Counted from the stretch's first letter, positions 35,852 through 47,616 are shown. The stretch is DNA of 64,000 nucleotides from Clostridiales bacterium (GCA_017527865.1 JAFXPN010000041.1:6263-70262); one strand, 5' to 3'. Numbers and translations are program-made. The notes: generated by a model not told the origin, from the letters alone.

Positions 35852-37696
35852 TCACGCCCTGCGGGCCTTCAGTTCGGCAAGGATCTCAGAGAGTTTCTTG
35901 TCCGTAAGTATGTATCTGCTCTTGAATATGAGGACGGCTGCGATGAGAACGACGATCGGCGCCAGAGTCATGACCAGCCTTAAGCCGATGACCGAATCGG
36001 AGCTGATCGTCTCGACAACGCCGTTTCTTATGTCATCGATCTTGGCGATGAGCGTCGAGAATGTCATCACAACATCAGAATTCTCCTTGATGTTAAATAC
36101 CGCAAGGCAGACGGAAGCTACCAAAGCAGAGATGCCTGATGCGAGTTTGACGACGAATGTCTGCATAGAGAAGATGACCGATTCATCTCTTCTGTTGTTC
36201 TTAAGGTGCCCGTAGTCGACAGTATTCGCGAGGAAGATCGTAACTACAACGTTCAGGATTCCTACTGCAGCCATGATGAAGAAGCCGGGAACGAAGAACG
36301 GGAATACGCTCTTAAGCCCTGCAAGAGCCATGGTAAGAAGGATGATGTAACCGCCGATCGCGGATCCCACGCTTATATAGAATATCTTCAATGTGCTGAA
36401 GAATCTTCTTAAGACGGGGAACAGTATCATCATCGCGAGGATCTGAATGCCGCCTGCAAACGTATTGAACAAGGTATAATTGCCCTGCCAGTTGGAACCT
36501 GCCAGATCGTACTTAAAGAAGTAGATAAGAAGGTTAGATGTGATATATGTTGCCGAGTTTACAAGAACTATGGTGATAACGATGGTCATCGCCTGATCGT
36601 TCTGTATCAAAGCCTTGAACATCTGTCCGACGGATGCGGTCTTGATATCGACCGAGGACTTCTCCTTGATGAACAGGCAGGTGATGGTGATGAATACAAC
36701 AAACAATATGCCGATAACGATAGAGAAATACTTGAAACCGACTCTCTCCACTTCGAGATTTGATTCCATCCTGATCTGCGCATTGACGGAAGACTCGGCG
36801 GACAGTTCCGCGTAAGTATCCGAATCAACATAGAATGAGACCACAGGATCGGTATCAACGAAGACCTGATCATCTCCTTCACCTTCGTAATCACCCTTAA
36901 CGAACTCGACATTGCTCGCCTCGATCTCCTTACCGTTGACGTTAAGAGTTACATCCGCATTTGAAGAGTTAACATAGATAACATCATTCCAGTCACCGAA
37001 CACTCTTTGTGCGCCTGTGATAGTCGTGGAAACATGAGCATCGTCACCGGTAAACTCGGTAACATTGCCTGTGGGATTCTGATCGGCGTCAACCTCAAGA
37101 ACGAAAGCCGTGTAGTTAAGGCCGTCAGAGGAAGACAAGTTCTTGGTAAGAAGATCGCTCTCCCTGGCAGAGAATGCATTGCCGAGAGCCGCAACGCTCA
37201 TGACCGTCAGGATAGTGACAAGAGCGGATCCCACGCCGGCAGCCGATCTTGCCAGAGTCGTAAGTCCCTCTCTCTCCTTGCCGCTCTCCGTAAACGCCGG
37301 GATCATCGACCAGTAAGGGATATCCATCATGGTGTAGGTTATGCCCCAGAGGATATAAGTGACCGCCGCATATGCGATAAGGCCGCCGCCGTCAAGCGAA
37401 GGCGGAGCCGAGAACATTACTATCAGGATGACGGCATTCGTGACAGTTCCTATCATGAGCCAGGGGCGGAATTTACCCCAGCGTGTCTTCGTCTTGGCGA
37501 CGATGATGCCCATGATCGGATCATTGAATGCATCGAATACTCTGGCCGCCATAAGGATCAGTCCCATCGCTATGGCCGATACTCCGAGGATGTCCTGGAA
37601 ATAGTAGAGAACATAGCTCGCGGAGAGCATATAGACCATGTCTTTTCCCACGGCTCCGAGGCCGTAGGCTATCTTCTCTTTAGCTGTAAGTCTCAT
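35852..37696 (-). CDS. GPH (MelB/YicJ/XylP) family glycoside:cation symporter homologue carrying a ~145-aa insertion between TM5 and TM6
   Basis: The GPH signature is FDAFNDPIMGIIVAKTKTRWGKFRPWL. It has 12 TM helices, but its length is 614 aa versus about 450-480 aa usual for the family. An acidic, beta-rich insert spans roughly aa 175-318. Confidence 0.85.
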   Translation of the reverse strand: MRLTAKEKIAYGLGAVGKDMVYMLSASYVLYYFQDILGVSAIAMGLILMAARVFDAFNDPIMGIIVAKTKTRWGKFRPWLMIGTVTNAVILIVMFSAPPSLDGGGLIAYAAVTYILWGITYTMMDIPYWSMIPAFTESGKEREGLTTLARSAAGVGSALVTILTVMSVAALGNAFSARESDLLTKNLSSSDGLNYTAFVLEVDADQNPTGNVTEFTGDDAHVSTTITGAQRVFGDWNDVIYVNSSNADVTLNVNGKEIEASNVEFVKGDYEGEGDDQVFVDTDPVVSFYVDSDTYAELSAESSVNAQIRMESNLEVERVGFKYFSIVIGILFVVFITITCLFIKEKSSVDIKTASVGQMFKALIQNDQAMTIVITIVLVNSATYITSNLLIYFFKYDLAGSNWQGNYTLFNTFAGGIQILAMMILFPVLRRFFSTLKIFYISVGSAIGGYIILLTMALAGLKSVFPFFVPGFFIMAAVGILNVVVTIFLANTVDYGHLKNNRRDESVIFSMQTFVVKLASGISALVASVCLAVFNIKENSDVVMTFSTLIAKIDDIRNGVVETISSDSVIGLRLVMTLAPIVVLIAAVLIFKSRYILTDKKLSEILAELKARRA

Positions 37697-39174
37697 GCGG
37701 TTGCTCCTCCCTTCTTAAGTTCCATCGCGAGTTTCACGACATTGTAAGCCCCGTCGTATAACCCGAGTTTCTTGTTGGTATCGATGGCGCTGCACATATT
37801 CTTTAATGTCACGTCATCATCAGCGAAAAGCCTGACCATCTGTATCGTGGACGGTATATCCCTGCACTCGAGAGTGCCGTCTCCCATCTCGGCGGAATGG
37901 ATCGCGCCCCACTGCTCGTGACCGCCGATCCTCTTGATGAACAGCTTCGGAACAGGATAGAATGAAAGCTCCGAAGGCTTTGTCACAAGCACATCGCACG
38001 ACCTCATGAGAAGGTTCGTAGCATAGACTGCCTCAAAGATATTGTTGTGACAGAACAGATGAATGCCCTCCACATCACCCGTCAGGGCCTCTTCGCAGAA
38101 CCGCTTCGTCTCCTCCCAGTCATTGAAATGAGTCTTGGTATATAGATACATGTCGGGAGCAAGTTTACGGAGGTCTTCCCAGACATTCATGTAATCGCCG
38201 ATGTTCACATAAAGGACGGCCTTGTTCTTCTTGATATCCGGCAAGAGTTCATTGATTATAGCCGCGAAGATCTCCTTCTGAGCGCCGGCGCCGCCTATCG
38301 TAAGCAGGAAGCGCATGGGCTTGCCGGAATCTTTGCGGGACAGACGCGCCGCATTATCCTTTTCGATGTTTCTGACGAGCTCATCGTCTATGTAGTGGCC
38401 TGTGTATATGATGCTGTCCGAAGGCATCGACTTTAAGATGTTCTTCCCGGCCATTCCGCTCATCGTGCGGTAGCCCTGATAAGCAAAACGGCACTGTATC
38501 GTATGAACGGATCCTTCGGCGAAATGCAGAGCCATCGGCCAGTTGTCGGGGATGGCATTTACGACATATTTCATGCCCGCGTGCACCGCAGCCTGCGCGG
38601 GCCAAACATGAGTCCCGATGACCGGAATGTCCTTGGGGACGTTCTTATAGACAGGAGCCATGAGTTCCGCGTTCTTCTGGTCGCCCGCATTATAGGAGAG
38701 CTTCTTAAAGCCCGTATAGTTCATAGGCTCCCAGAAGAATTTATTGAACAGCTTATCGGTCTGTGATATGCGCGAGCCCATCGAATAGAGCTCATTCTGC
38801 GCCGAGATGACCTTGGTGCAGGTAGTCTCGGGATAAGAATTGAGATCCATCCAGTAAGGGGTATAACCCATGGAATGCGCAGCGGATGCCATCGCCATCG
38901 CGATGCGGTAATGACCGAAGCCCATCCTGATATTGCCTACGATGATGCCTTTGTCTTCATCGAATCCTTTGCACGTTCCGGGTTCGGACTTGCCGATCTC
39001 GATGTTCTTAACGCCGAGGATATCGCCGATATATTTATTCTCAACGACTTCGGCTGAATAATCCGCATTGGAATCGTCTCCAAACTTCCTGATATATCTC
39101 TCCTTGCCTTTCTCGGCCTTCCTTATAACCGAAGCCTTCTGAGCGTTGCCGTATACCGATTCAGAACCTGCCAT
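37693..39174 (-). CDS. GT-B fold, GT28 / MGDG-synthase (UgtP/YpfP)-like glycosyltransferase homologue, function unknown
   Basis: 493 aa. The N-terminal half has a G-x-GH motif (GNIRMGFGHYRIAMAMASAA). The C-terminal half has LLTIGGAGAQKE, VLVTKPSELSFYPVPKLFI and GGHEQWGAIHSAEMGDG, resembling the Glyco_tran_28_C pattern. ATGA overlap with the GPH gene. Confidence 0.45.
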   Translation of the reverse strand: MAGSESVYGNAQKASVIRKAEKGKERYIRKFGDDSNADYSAEVVENKYIGDILGVKNIEIGKSEPGTCKGFDEDKGIIVGNIRMGFGHYRIAMAMASAAHSMGYTPYWMDLNSYPETTCTKVISAQNELYSMGSRISQTDKLFNKFFWEPMNYTGFKKLSYNAGDQKNAELMAPVYKNVPKDIPVIGTHVWPAQAAVHAGMKYVVNAIPDNWPMALHFAEGSVHTIQCRFAYQGYRTMSGMAGKNILKSMPSDSIIYTGHYIDDELVRNIEKDNAARLSRKDSGKPMRFLLTIGGAGAQKEIFAAIINELLPDIKKNKAVLYVNIGDYMNVWEDLRKLAPDMYLYTKTHFNDWEETKRFCEEALTGDVEGIHLFCHNNIFEAVYATNLLMRSCDVLVTKPSELSFYPVPKLFIKRIGGHEQWGAIHSAEMGDGTLECRDIPSTIQMVRLFADDDVTLKNMCSAIDTNKKLGLYDGAYNVVKLAMELKKGGATA

Positions 39175-39192
39175 AATCCCTGACCGCCTTTC

Positions 39193-39759
39193 TTATGCTT
39201 TTATTCCCGTAAGCAAGATATCCACTACCTGATTCAATGCATCGACATAGGATATCTTCGCTTTCCTCAATGTATCCGTCTCGAAGAACCTCGCAACCGA
39301 TGCGTCCATCATGATCTTAAAGATCGTAAAATCCGCATCCTGTCTGTAAAGGCCCTGCCTCCTGCCTTCCTCGAGAAGTTCGATGGTCGGCTCCCATCCG
39401 GAATCCAGACGCTTATAAAGTTTCTTATAGATCTTGGGATACTTATCCTTGAGATCGCCGAGCTTAGTAAAATCGATCTCCGTATAACTCTCCGGGAAAG
39501 CCGCCAGGAGCTTTCTTGCCCGCTGCTCCAATGACAGTCCCTCTTCTTCGAGGATCTCCTTCTCGCGCTCCTTGATCCCGTCGAAGATATAGTCGACGAT
39601 CTTATCGAATATCTCTTCTTTCGAATCGTAGAATTTATATATCGTCTTCTTGGATATTCCCATCTGGACTGCGACATCATCCATCGTGAGTTTCAGGCCC
39701 TTCTTATTGAATACCTTGATGGTCGCCTTGAGGATATCGGTCTTAAGATCGCTTTCCAT
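39193..39759 (-). CDS. TetR/AcrR-family transcriptional regulator
   Basis: 188 aa. The N-terminal HTH is FNKKGLKLTMDDVAVQMGISKKTIYKFY. GGAGG RBS. It lies 18 nt upstream of the GT28-like gene. Confidence 0.8.
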   Translation of the reverse strand: MESDLKTDILKATIKVFNKKGLKLTMDDVAVQMGISKKTIYKFYDSKEEIFDKIVDYIFDGIKEREKEILEEEGLSLEQRARKLLAAFPESYTEIDFTKLGDLKDKYPKIYKKLYKRLDSGWEPTIELLEEGRRQGLYRQDADFTIFKIMMDASVARFFETDTLRKAKISYVDALNQVVDILLTGIKA

Positions 39760-39775
39760 TTGGAGCCTCCCGTTC

Positions 39776-39869
39776 GGAAACTGTTTTTACGATTTGAGTT
39801 TCCTTAAGTGTATGATAACACCCTTTTCGGGAAGGGGAAGGAAACGGAATTAACAAATATGGTTTCCTT
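39776..39869. promoter_or_regulatory. Two inverted-repeat pairs built on GGAAAC/GTTTCC upstream of the TetR gene (candidate operators)
   Basis: The first pair is GGAAACT (39776-39782) with AGTTTCC (39797-39803). The second is AAGGAAAC (39838-39845) with GTTTCCTT (39862-39869). GTTTCCTT also occurs at 39798-39805. A minus-strand TATCAT -10-like hexamer at 39812-39817 lies between the two pairs. Confidence 0.4.
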
Positions 39870-39891
39870 TGGTTGTGCAGATTGTACAGGC

Positions 39892-42529
<2,638 letters not shown>

Positions 42530-42540
<11 letters not shown>

Positions 42541-43549
42541 CTTTCTGCCCGTTCTTTGCCTTTCCGCACGAATCCCGTCTTATCATCTCGCACGGGATCT
42601 TGATCTTAAGAGGTGTCCTTATATCAAGATTTCCCGCAGCATAGACGATATTCGCGCCGTGCTGCCCCATGTCATAGGCAGGAGCTCTCATCGTTGTTAA
42701 CGGAGGTTCCGTAAACCCGCTCATCTCGTTGTCGTTAATGCCTATTACGGAGATATCCCCGGGTATCTTCAGCCCGTTCTCCTTGATCGCCTTCATCGCC
42801 CCGATCGCTATCGCATCCGAAGCCGCAAAAACAGCCGTAGGGATACTGCCCTCCGCCAGAAGTTCATTCATCATCTTATAGCCCGATACGCTCGTAAACT
42901 CATCTTCCTTCATGAAACCTTCATAAGGATATTTATTACGCTTCATGAACCTGACATAAGCTTTTCGCCGGTCGTCTTCAAATATCTCCGATCCCGACGC
43001 GTACTCGACCCCGCCGAGATATGCTATGCGTATGTGCCCGAGGCTCTTGAGATGATCGAGCGCCTCCTTGGCCGCGGTGTAAAGATCCATGGTAAGAGTC
43101 GTAACATCGGGGTGTTCCGTATTCATGTCGAGAAACACTATATTGGGATTGAACTCGATAAGGTCGCGGGATTCCTTCTTCGAGAACTTGCCCACGCAGA
43201 CAAGTCCGCTGCACTCCTTGAGAGTATCCTTGTAATCCTTGTCCGTGCGGTACGCCCTTATTATCTGGACGGAATTCTTGACGCAGAAATCCTCTACACC
43301 TCTTCTGATCTTAAGATAATACTCATCCTCGAGTTCCTGCTGCGCCGAGAACCACTGCAGTATTCCAAGAACGAAAGATGCCTTCGACTTCGTGGTGCTC
43401 TTCTTGACATAGCCGAGCTTATCCGCCGCAGCAAAGACCTTGCGGCGCGTCTCGTCCGTCACATGCAGTGTGCGGTCGTTGTTTAATATCCTCGATACCG
43501 AGGCAGGTGACAGCCCGCACTCGGAGGCTACGTCTTTTAAAGTAATCAT
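42530..43549 (-). CDS. LacI-family transcriptional regulator
   Basis: The N-terminal HTH is [24 protein letters not shown], followed by a periplasmic-binding-protein-like effector domain. It overlaps the hybrid kinase start by 11 nt. Confidence 0.9.
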
Positions 43550-43590
43550 AAAAAGATTTTAACAGCTGCGGCGCGCGTTGTCATTATGAT

Positions 43591-43643
43591 TTTAGTAAAC
43601 TTTAGTAATTTGTATTGACATTTTACTAAATTTTTCATATCAT
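43591..43643 (+). promoter_or_regulatory. galK promoter (TTGACA-17-TATCAT) with three TTTAGTAA motifs (candidate LacI-type operator)
   Basis: The -35 TTGACA is at 43615-43620 and the -10 TATCAT at 43638-43643. TTTAGTAA is a direct repeat at 43591 and 43601 (10-bp phase). An inverted copy, TTACTAAA, sits at 43623-43630 inside the spacer, so the inverted pair brackets the -35. Confidence 0.55.
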
Positions 43644-43665
43644 ACTCGAAAAGGAGGGCTTCCTT

Positions 43666-44922
43666 ATGAGCAAACTCGATATTTCCGGTGTTGATTTTAC
43701 TGATATCTACGTTGACCCCGAGTGGGCAGCGATCCAGCCTGAACGTTATAACAACGCTGTAAGAATCTTCGAAGACAACTTCGGATCCTCGGAAGACATT
43801 CACATATTCTCAGCGCCCGGAAGGACCGAGATCGGCGGCAACCATACGGATCACCAGCACGGCGAAGTCCTTGCAGCCTCCATAAACAGAGATGCTGTCG
43901 CAGTGGCAAGACTCACTGACGGCAATACGGTCAGAGTGATCTCAGATCCGTACAAGATGATAAAGATCGACATCTCCGCACTGTCGCCCGATGATACCAT
44001 TAAGGGTTCAACCGAAGCTCTCATCAAGGGCGTGCTCGCCGCGCTTAAAAGCGGAGGATATAAGATCGGGGGATTTGATGCCTATATCACGAGCGATGTC
44101 CTGATAGGCGCAGGTCTGTCATCTTCCGCCGCATTCGAGACCTTGATCGGAACCGTGATCTCAGGTCTATACAACGATATGAATATAGACGCGGTCACCA
44201 TAGCAAAGGCCGGACAGTATGCCGAGAATGTATACTTCGGCAAGCCCTGCGGACTTATGGATCAGATGGCCTGTTCGGTCGGCAATATGGTCCACATTGA
44301 TTTTAAGTTCCCGGACAACCCTTCCGTCGAGCGGGTCGACTTCGATTTCTCCAAGACAGGATACTGCCTATGCATCACGGACACCAAAGGTTCCCACTCG
44401 GATCTGACCGCTGATTATGCGGCTATACCGTCCGAGATGAAGAAGATAGCAGAGATCCTCGGACACGAAGTCTTAAGACCTGTCACTTTGGAAGACATCC
44501 TGTCCAACATGGATACACTTCGATCCAAGGCGGGCGACCGGGCGGTTCTGCGCGCCATACACTTTGTCGAAGAGACAAAGCGCGCGGGCCAGGAGGCAAG
44601 AGCGCTTCAGAACGGCGAACTGTTCGACTTTCTGAAGCTTGTAAGAGTTTCAGGAAACTCATCATTCAAATACCTTCAGAATGCTTATACTAATAACGAT
44701 ATAACCACTCAGAACATCTCTATCGCACTCGCGGTAAGCGATGCGGTATTGGAGAACGACGAGGTCGCCAGGATCCACGGAGGCGGATTCGCCGGAACGA
44801 TACAGGCTTTCGTGAAGAATGCCAATGCAGATCACTACCGTGAAGTAATGGACGGGATATTCGGCGAAGGCTCGTGCGCGGTACTGAAGATAAGAAAATA
44901 CGGCGGCATCAAGGTGCTTTAA
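43666..44922 (+). CDS. galK: Galactokinase (GHMP kinase family)
   Basis: 418 aa. It has a galactokinase-like signature (APGRTEIGGNHTDHQHG) and the GHMP ATP motif (GAGLSSSAAFE). AAGGAGGG RBS. galT follows. Confidence 0.8.
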   Translation: MSKLDISGVDFTDIYVDPEWAAIQPERYNNAVRIFEDNFGSSEDIHIFSAPGRTEIGGNHTDHQHGEVLAASINRDAVAVARLTDGNTVRVISDPYKMIKIDISALSPDDTIKGSTEALIKGVLAALKSGGYKIGGFDAYITSDVLIGAGLSSSAAFETLIGTVISGLYNDMNIDAVTIAKAGQYAENVYFGKPCGLMDQMACSVGNMVHIDFKFPDNPSVERVDFDFSKTGYCLCITDTKGSHSDLTADYAAIPSEMKKIAEILGHEVLRPVTLEDILSNMDTLRSKAGDRAVLRAIHFVEETKRAGQEARALQNGELFDFLKLVRVSGNSSFKYLQNAYTNNDITTQNISIALAVSDAVLENDEVARIHGGGFAGTIQAFVKNANADHYREVMDGIFGEGSCAVLKIRKYGGIKVL

Positions 44923-44940
44923 CAAAGGAGGACCGGCGCA

Positions 44941-46431
44941 ATGACAGATTACAACTGCCTTATAACAGAACTTGTAAATTACGGACAGGAAACGGGTCTC
45001 ATCGATGAGTTCGACCGCGTATTCACGATCAACAGATTGGCTGAGGTCCTCGGGCTCGATGAATACATAGAGCCTGATCAATATATCAAGCCGCGTGAAC
45101 TGCACCTCATACTGGAAGACTTCATCGCTCTCAAGGGCGACCTTACGAATGTTCAGAAAGATCTGTACGACACAAAGCTCATGGGATTATTGACGCCTCC
45201 GCCGTCTTACGTGGTCAGCCTTTTCGAACAGCTGCGCCAAAAATCTGCAAAGGATGCGACAGACTGGTACTACAAGTTCTCAAAGAATACGAATTACATC
45301 CGTACGGACCGCATCGCAAAGGATATCAAGTGGAAATCACATACCGAATACGGGGACATGGACATCACGATTAACTTAAGCAAGCCCGAGAAGGATCCGC
45401 GTGACATAGCGGCGGCGGGCAAGGCAAAGTCCACATCCTACCCCAAATGTCTTCTGTGCCGCGAGAACGAAGGATTCGCGGGAACCATGTCACACCCCGC
45501 AAGACAGAACCACCGCATCATCCCCATCACTCTCGACGGTGACGCTTACTACCTTCAGTATTCACCCTACGTTTACTACAACGAACACTGCATCATCTTT
45601 AACCGCGAGCATATCCCGATGGTGATAAACCGCTCGACCTTCGTGAAGCTCTTGTCATTTGTCGAACAGTTCCCGCACTATACCGCAGGCTCCAATGCGG
45701 ACCTTCCGATCGTCGGCGGATCTATACTGTCACACGACCATTTCCAGGGAGGCTGTTACACCTTCCCTATGGCGCGCGCTGCTTACGAGAATACTTTTGT
45801 GATACCGGGCTTCGAGGACATAACAGCGGGCATCATCAAATGGCCGATGTCTGTAATCAGGCTTACGGGCTCCGACCCCGCAAGGATGGCTGATCTTGCC
45901 GATAAGATACTCGCCTCCTGGCGCGGGTACACAGATGAGGATGCGTTTATCTTCGCTCAGACCGACGGCATTCCCCACAACACCATAACGCCGATCGCCC
46001 GTATAAACACTGAAGGCAGATTCGAACTCGATCTTGTCCTGCGCAACAACATCACGACCGAAGAGAACCCCCTCGGCGTTTACCATCCGCACGCGGAATA
46101 TCACCATCTTAAGAAAGAAAACATAGGCCTGATCGAGGTTATGGGCCTGGCGATACTTCCCGCAAGGCTTAAGACCGAACTCAACGGTCTTGCAGATGCG
46201 GTCGTTAACGGCAAGGATATCTCATCGGACGATACGCTCTCCAAGCACGCCGACTGGATGGCTTCCGAGGTTCTCCCCCTCATTCCCGGCGGCGCTTCAA
46301 GGGAAGAGATTCTCGGTATCATCAGGACTCAGGTCGGTGTCGCCTTCTCAGGGATCCTCGAGTGCGCAGGCGTCTATAAGAGAGATGAGAAGGGGCTCGC
46401 CGCATTCATGAGATTCGTGGACAGCCTTTAA
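44941..46431 (+). CDS. galT: Galactose-1-phosphate uridylyltransferase, long (type 2, Firmicute) form
   Basis: 496 aa, the length of the type-2 form. It has the active-site region SILSHDHFQGG. AAAGGAGGA RBS. Confidence 0.85.
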   Translation: MTDYNCLITELVNYGQETGLIDEFDRVFTINRLAEVLGLDEYIEPDQYIKPRELHLILEDFIALKGDLTNVQKDLYDTKLMGLLTPPPSYVVSLFEQLRQKSAKDATDWYYKFSKNTNYIRTDRIAKDIKWKSHTEYGDMDITINLSKPEKDPRDIAAAGKAKSTSYPKCLLCRENEGFAGTMSHPARQNHRIIPITLDGDAYYLQYSPYVYYNEHCIIFNREHIPMVINRSTFVKLLSFVEQFPHYTAGSNADLPIVGGSILSHDHFQGGCYTFPMARAAYENTFVIPGFEDITAGIIKWPMSVIRLTGSDPARMADLADKILASWRGYTDEDAFIFAQTDGIPHNTITPIARINTEGRFELDLVLRNNITTEENPLGVYHPHAEYHHLKKENIGLIEVMGLAILPARLKTELNGLADAVVNGKDISSDDTLSKHADWMASEVLPLIPGGASREEILGIIRTQVGVAFSGILECAGVYKRDEKGLAAFMRFVDSL

Positions 46432-46472
46432 AGCTCATCGCATCATCGGGATATCTTCTGTATAATGTCCTC

Positions 46473-47012
46473 ATGGACAGAACACCGTTAAAGAATCTGA
46501 CGATCACCGCAATGCTGCTGGCGCTGGGACTGATACTCCCGTTCATCACGGGTCAGATACAGGCGATAGGTAACATGCTCCTTCCCATGCATATACCGGT
46601 GATCCTCTGCGGACTTATATGCGGCTGGAAATACGGGCTCGGGCTGGGATTGTCGCTTCCGCTGATAAGATCACTGATCTTCGGCATGCCTCCGATGTAC
46701 CCGGTAGCGATCGCAATGGCCTTTGAGCTGGGAACTTACGGACTCGTTGTCGGACTTATCTATTTTCTGTCCAAACGCCGTAATGTCGGCACTGTCTATA
46801 TCGCGATGATCATCGCCATGATAAGCGGACGCATCGTATGGGGAATAGCAGAGGTGATCCTTCTCGGGATCAAAGGAAATACGTTCACATGGAATGCTTT
46901 CATCTCGGGGGCTCTTCTCAATGCCATCCCGGGGATCATCCTGCAGCTCGTATTGATCCCCGCCATAATGGCCGCGCTCGATAAGTCAAAGCTTATCAGA
47001 TTCAACTCCTGA
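46473..47012 (+). CDS. ECF-transporter substrate-specific (S) component, substrate unknown
   Basis: 179 aa with about 5-6 TM helices and an S-component-like N-terminus (LTITAMLLALGLILPFITG...LPMHIPVILCG). There is no RBS. A TATAAT at 46461-46466 ends 6 nt before the ATG, so the mRNA may be leaderless. Confidence 0.55.
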   Translation: MDRTPLKNLTITAMLLALGLILPFITGQIQAIGNMLLPMHIPVILCGLICGWKYGLGLGLSLPLIRSLIFGMPPMYPVAIAMAFELGTYGLVVGLIYFLSKRRNVGTVYIAMIIAMISGRIVWGIAEVILLGIKGNTFTWNAFISGALLNAIPGIILQLVLIPAIMAALDKSKLIRFNS

Positions 47013-47017
47013 TATCG

Positions 47018-47611
47018 ATGTCTGCTCTTACGGATGACATAATACCGCGGATCCTGACACTTACCGGTCCGTCGCATGACAGACATATCATCGTCGCCGT
47101 CGACGGCAGATGCGGTTCGGGCAAATCAACGCTTGCAGATATCATCCGGGACCGTCTTGAATCCGAATATGATATAAGTACGCAGATCTTTCACATGGAC
47201 GATTTCTATCTTCGTCCGGAACAAAGGACCGAAGAAAGAATGAGCGAACCCGGCTGGAATTCGGACCGGGCAAGGTTCATTAAAGAAGTCCTGACTCCGT
47301 TAATGCAGAACGAGCAGATCTCGTATATCCGCTACGACTGCGCTTCACAAAGTCTTTGCGAACCCCGGATCATTAAGCCCGGCACAGTAAATATCGTGGA
47401 AGGCTCGTACAGCTGTCATCCCGATCTTATCGGACTATATGATCTTACGGTATTCATGACCGTGGGACCCGATGAACAGATAAGAAGGATACGTCAAAGG
47501 GACGGGGATCTGAAGCTTGAGCTTTATGAGCAAAAATGGATACCTCTTGAGGAACAGTACTTCGCCGCCTTCGATGTTGCGGATTCCTGCGATATAAAAG
47601 GAACGCTTTGA
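47018..47611 (+). CDS. P-loop nucleoside/small-molecule kinase (uridine-kinase-like)
   Basis: 197 aa with Walker A VDGRCGSGKSTLA. The size and layout match uridine kinase/PRK-family proteins. It lies 5 nt after the S-component gene. Confidence 0.55.
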   Translation: MSALTDDIIPRILTLTGPSHDRHIIVAVDGRCGSGKSTLADIIRDRLESEYDISTQIFHMDDFYLRPEQRTEERMSEPGWNSDRARFIKEVLTPLMQNEQISYIRYDCASQSLCEPRIIKPGTVNIVEGSYSCHPDLIGLYDLTVFMTVGPDEQIRRIRQRDGDLKLELYEQKWIPLEEQYFAAFDVADSCDIKGTL

Positions 47612-47616
47612 CTTTA

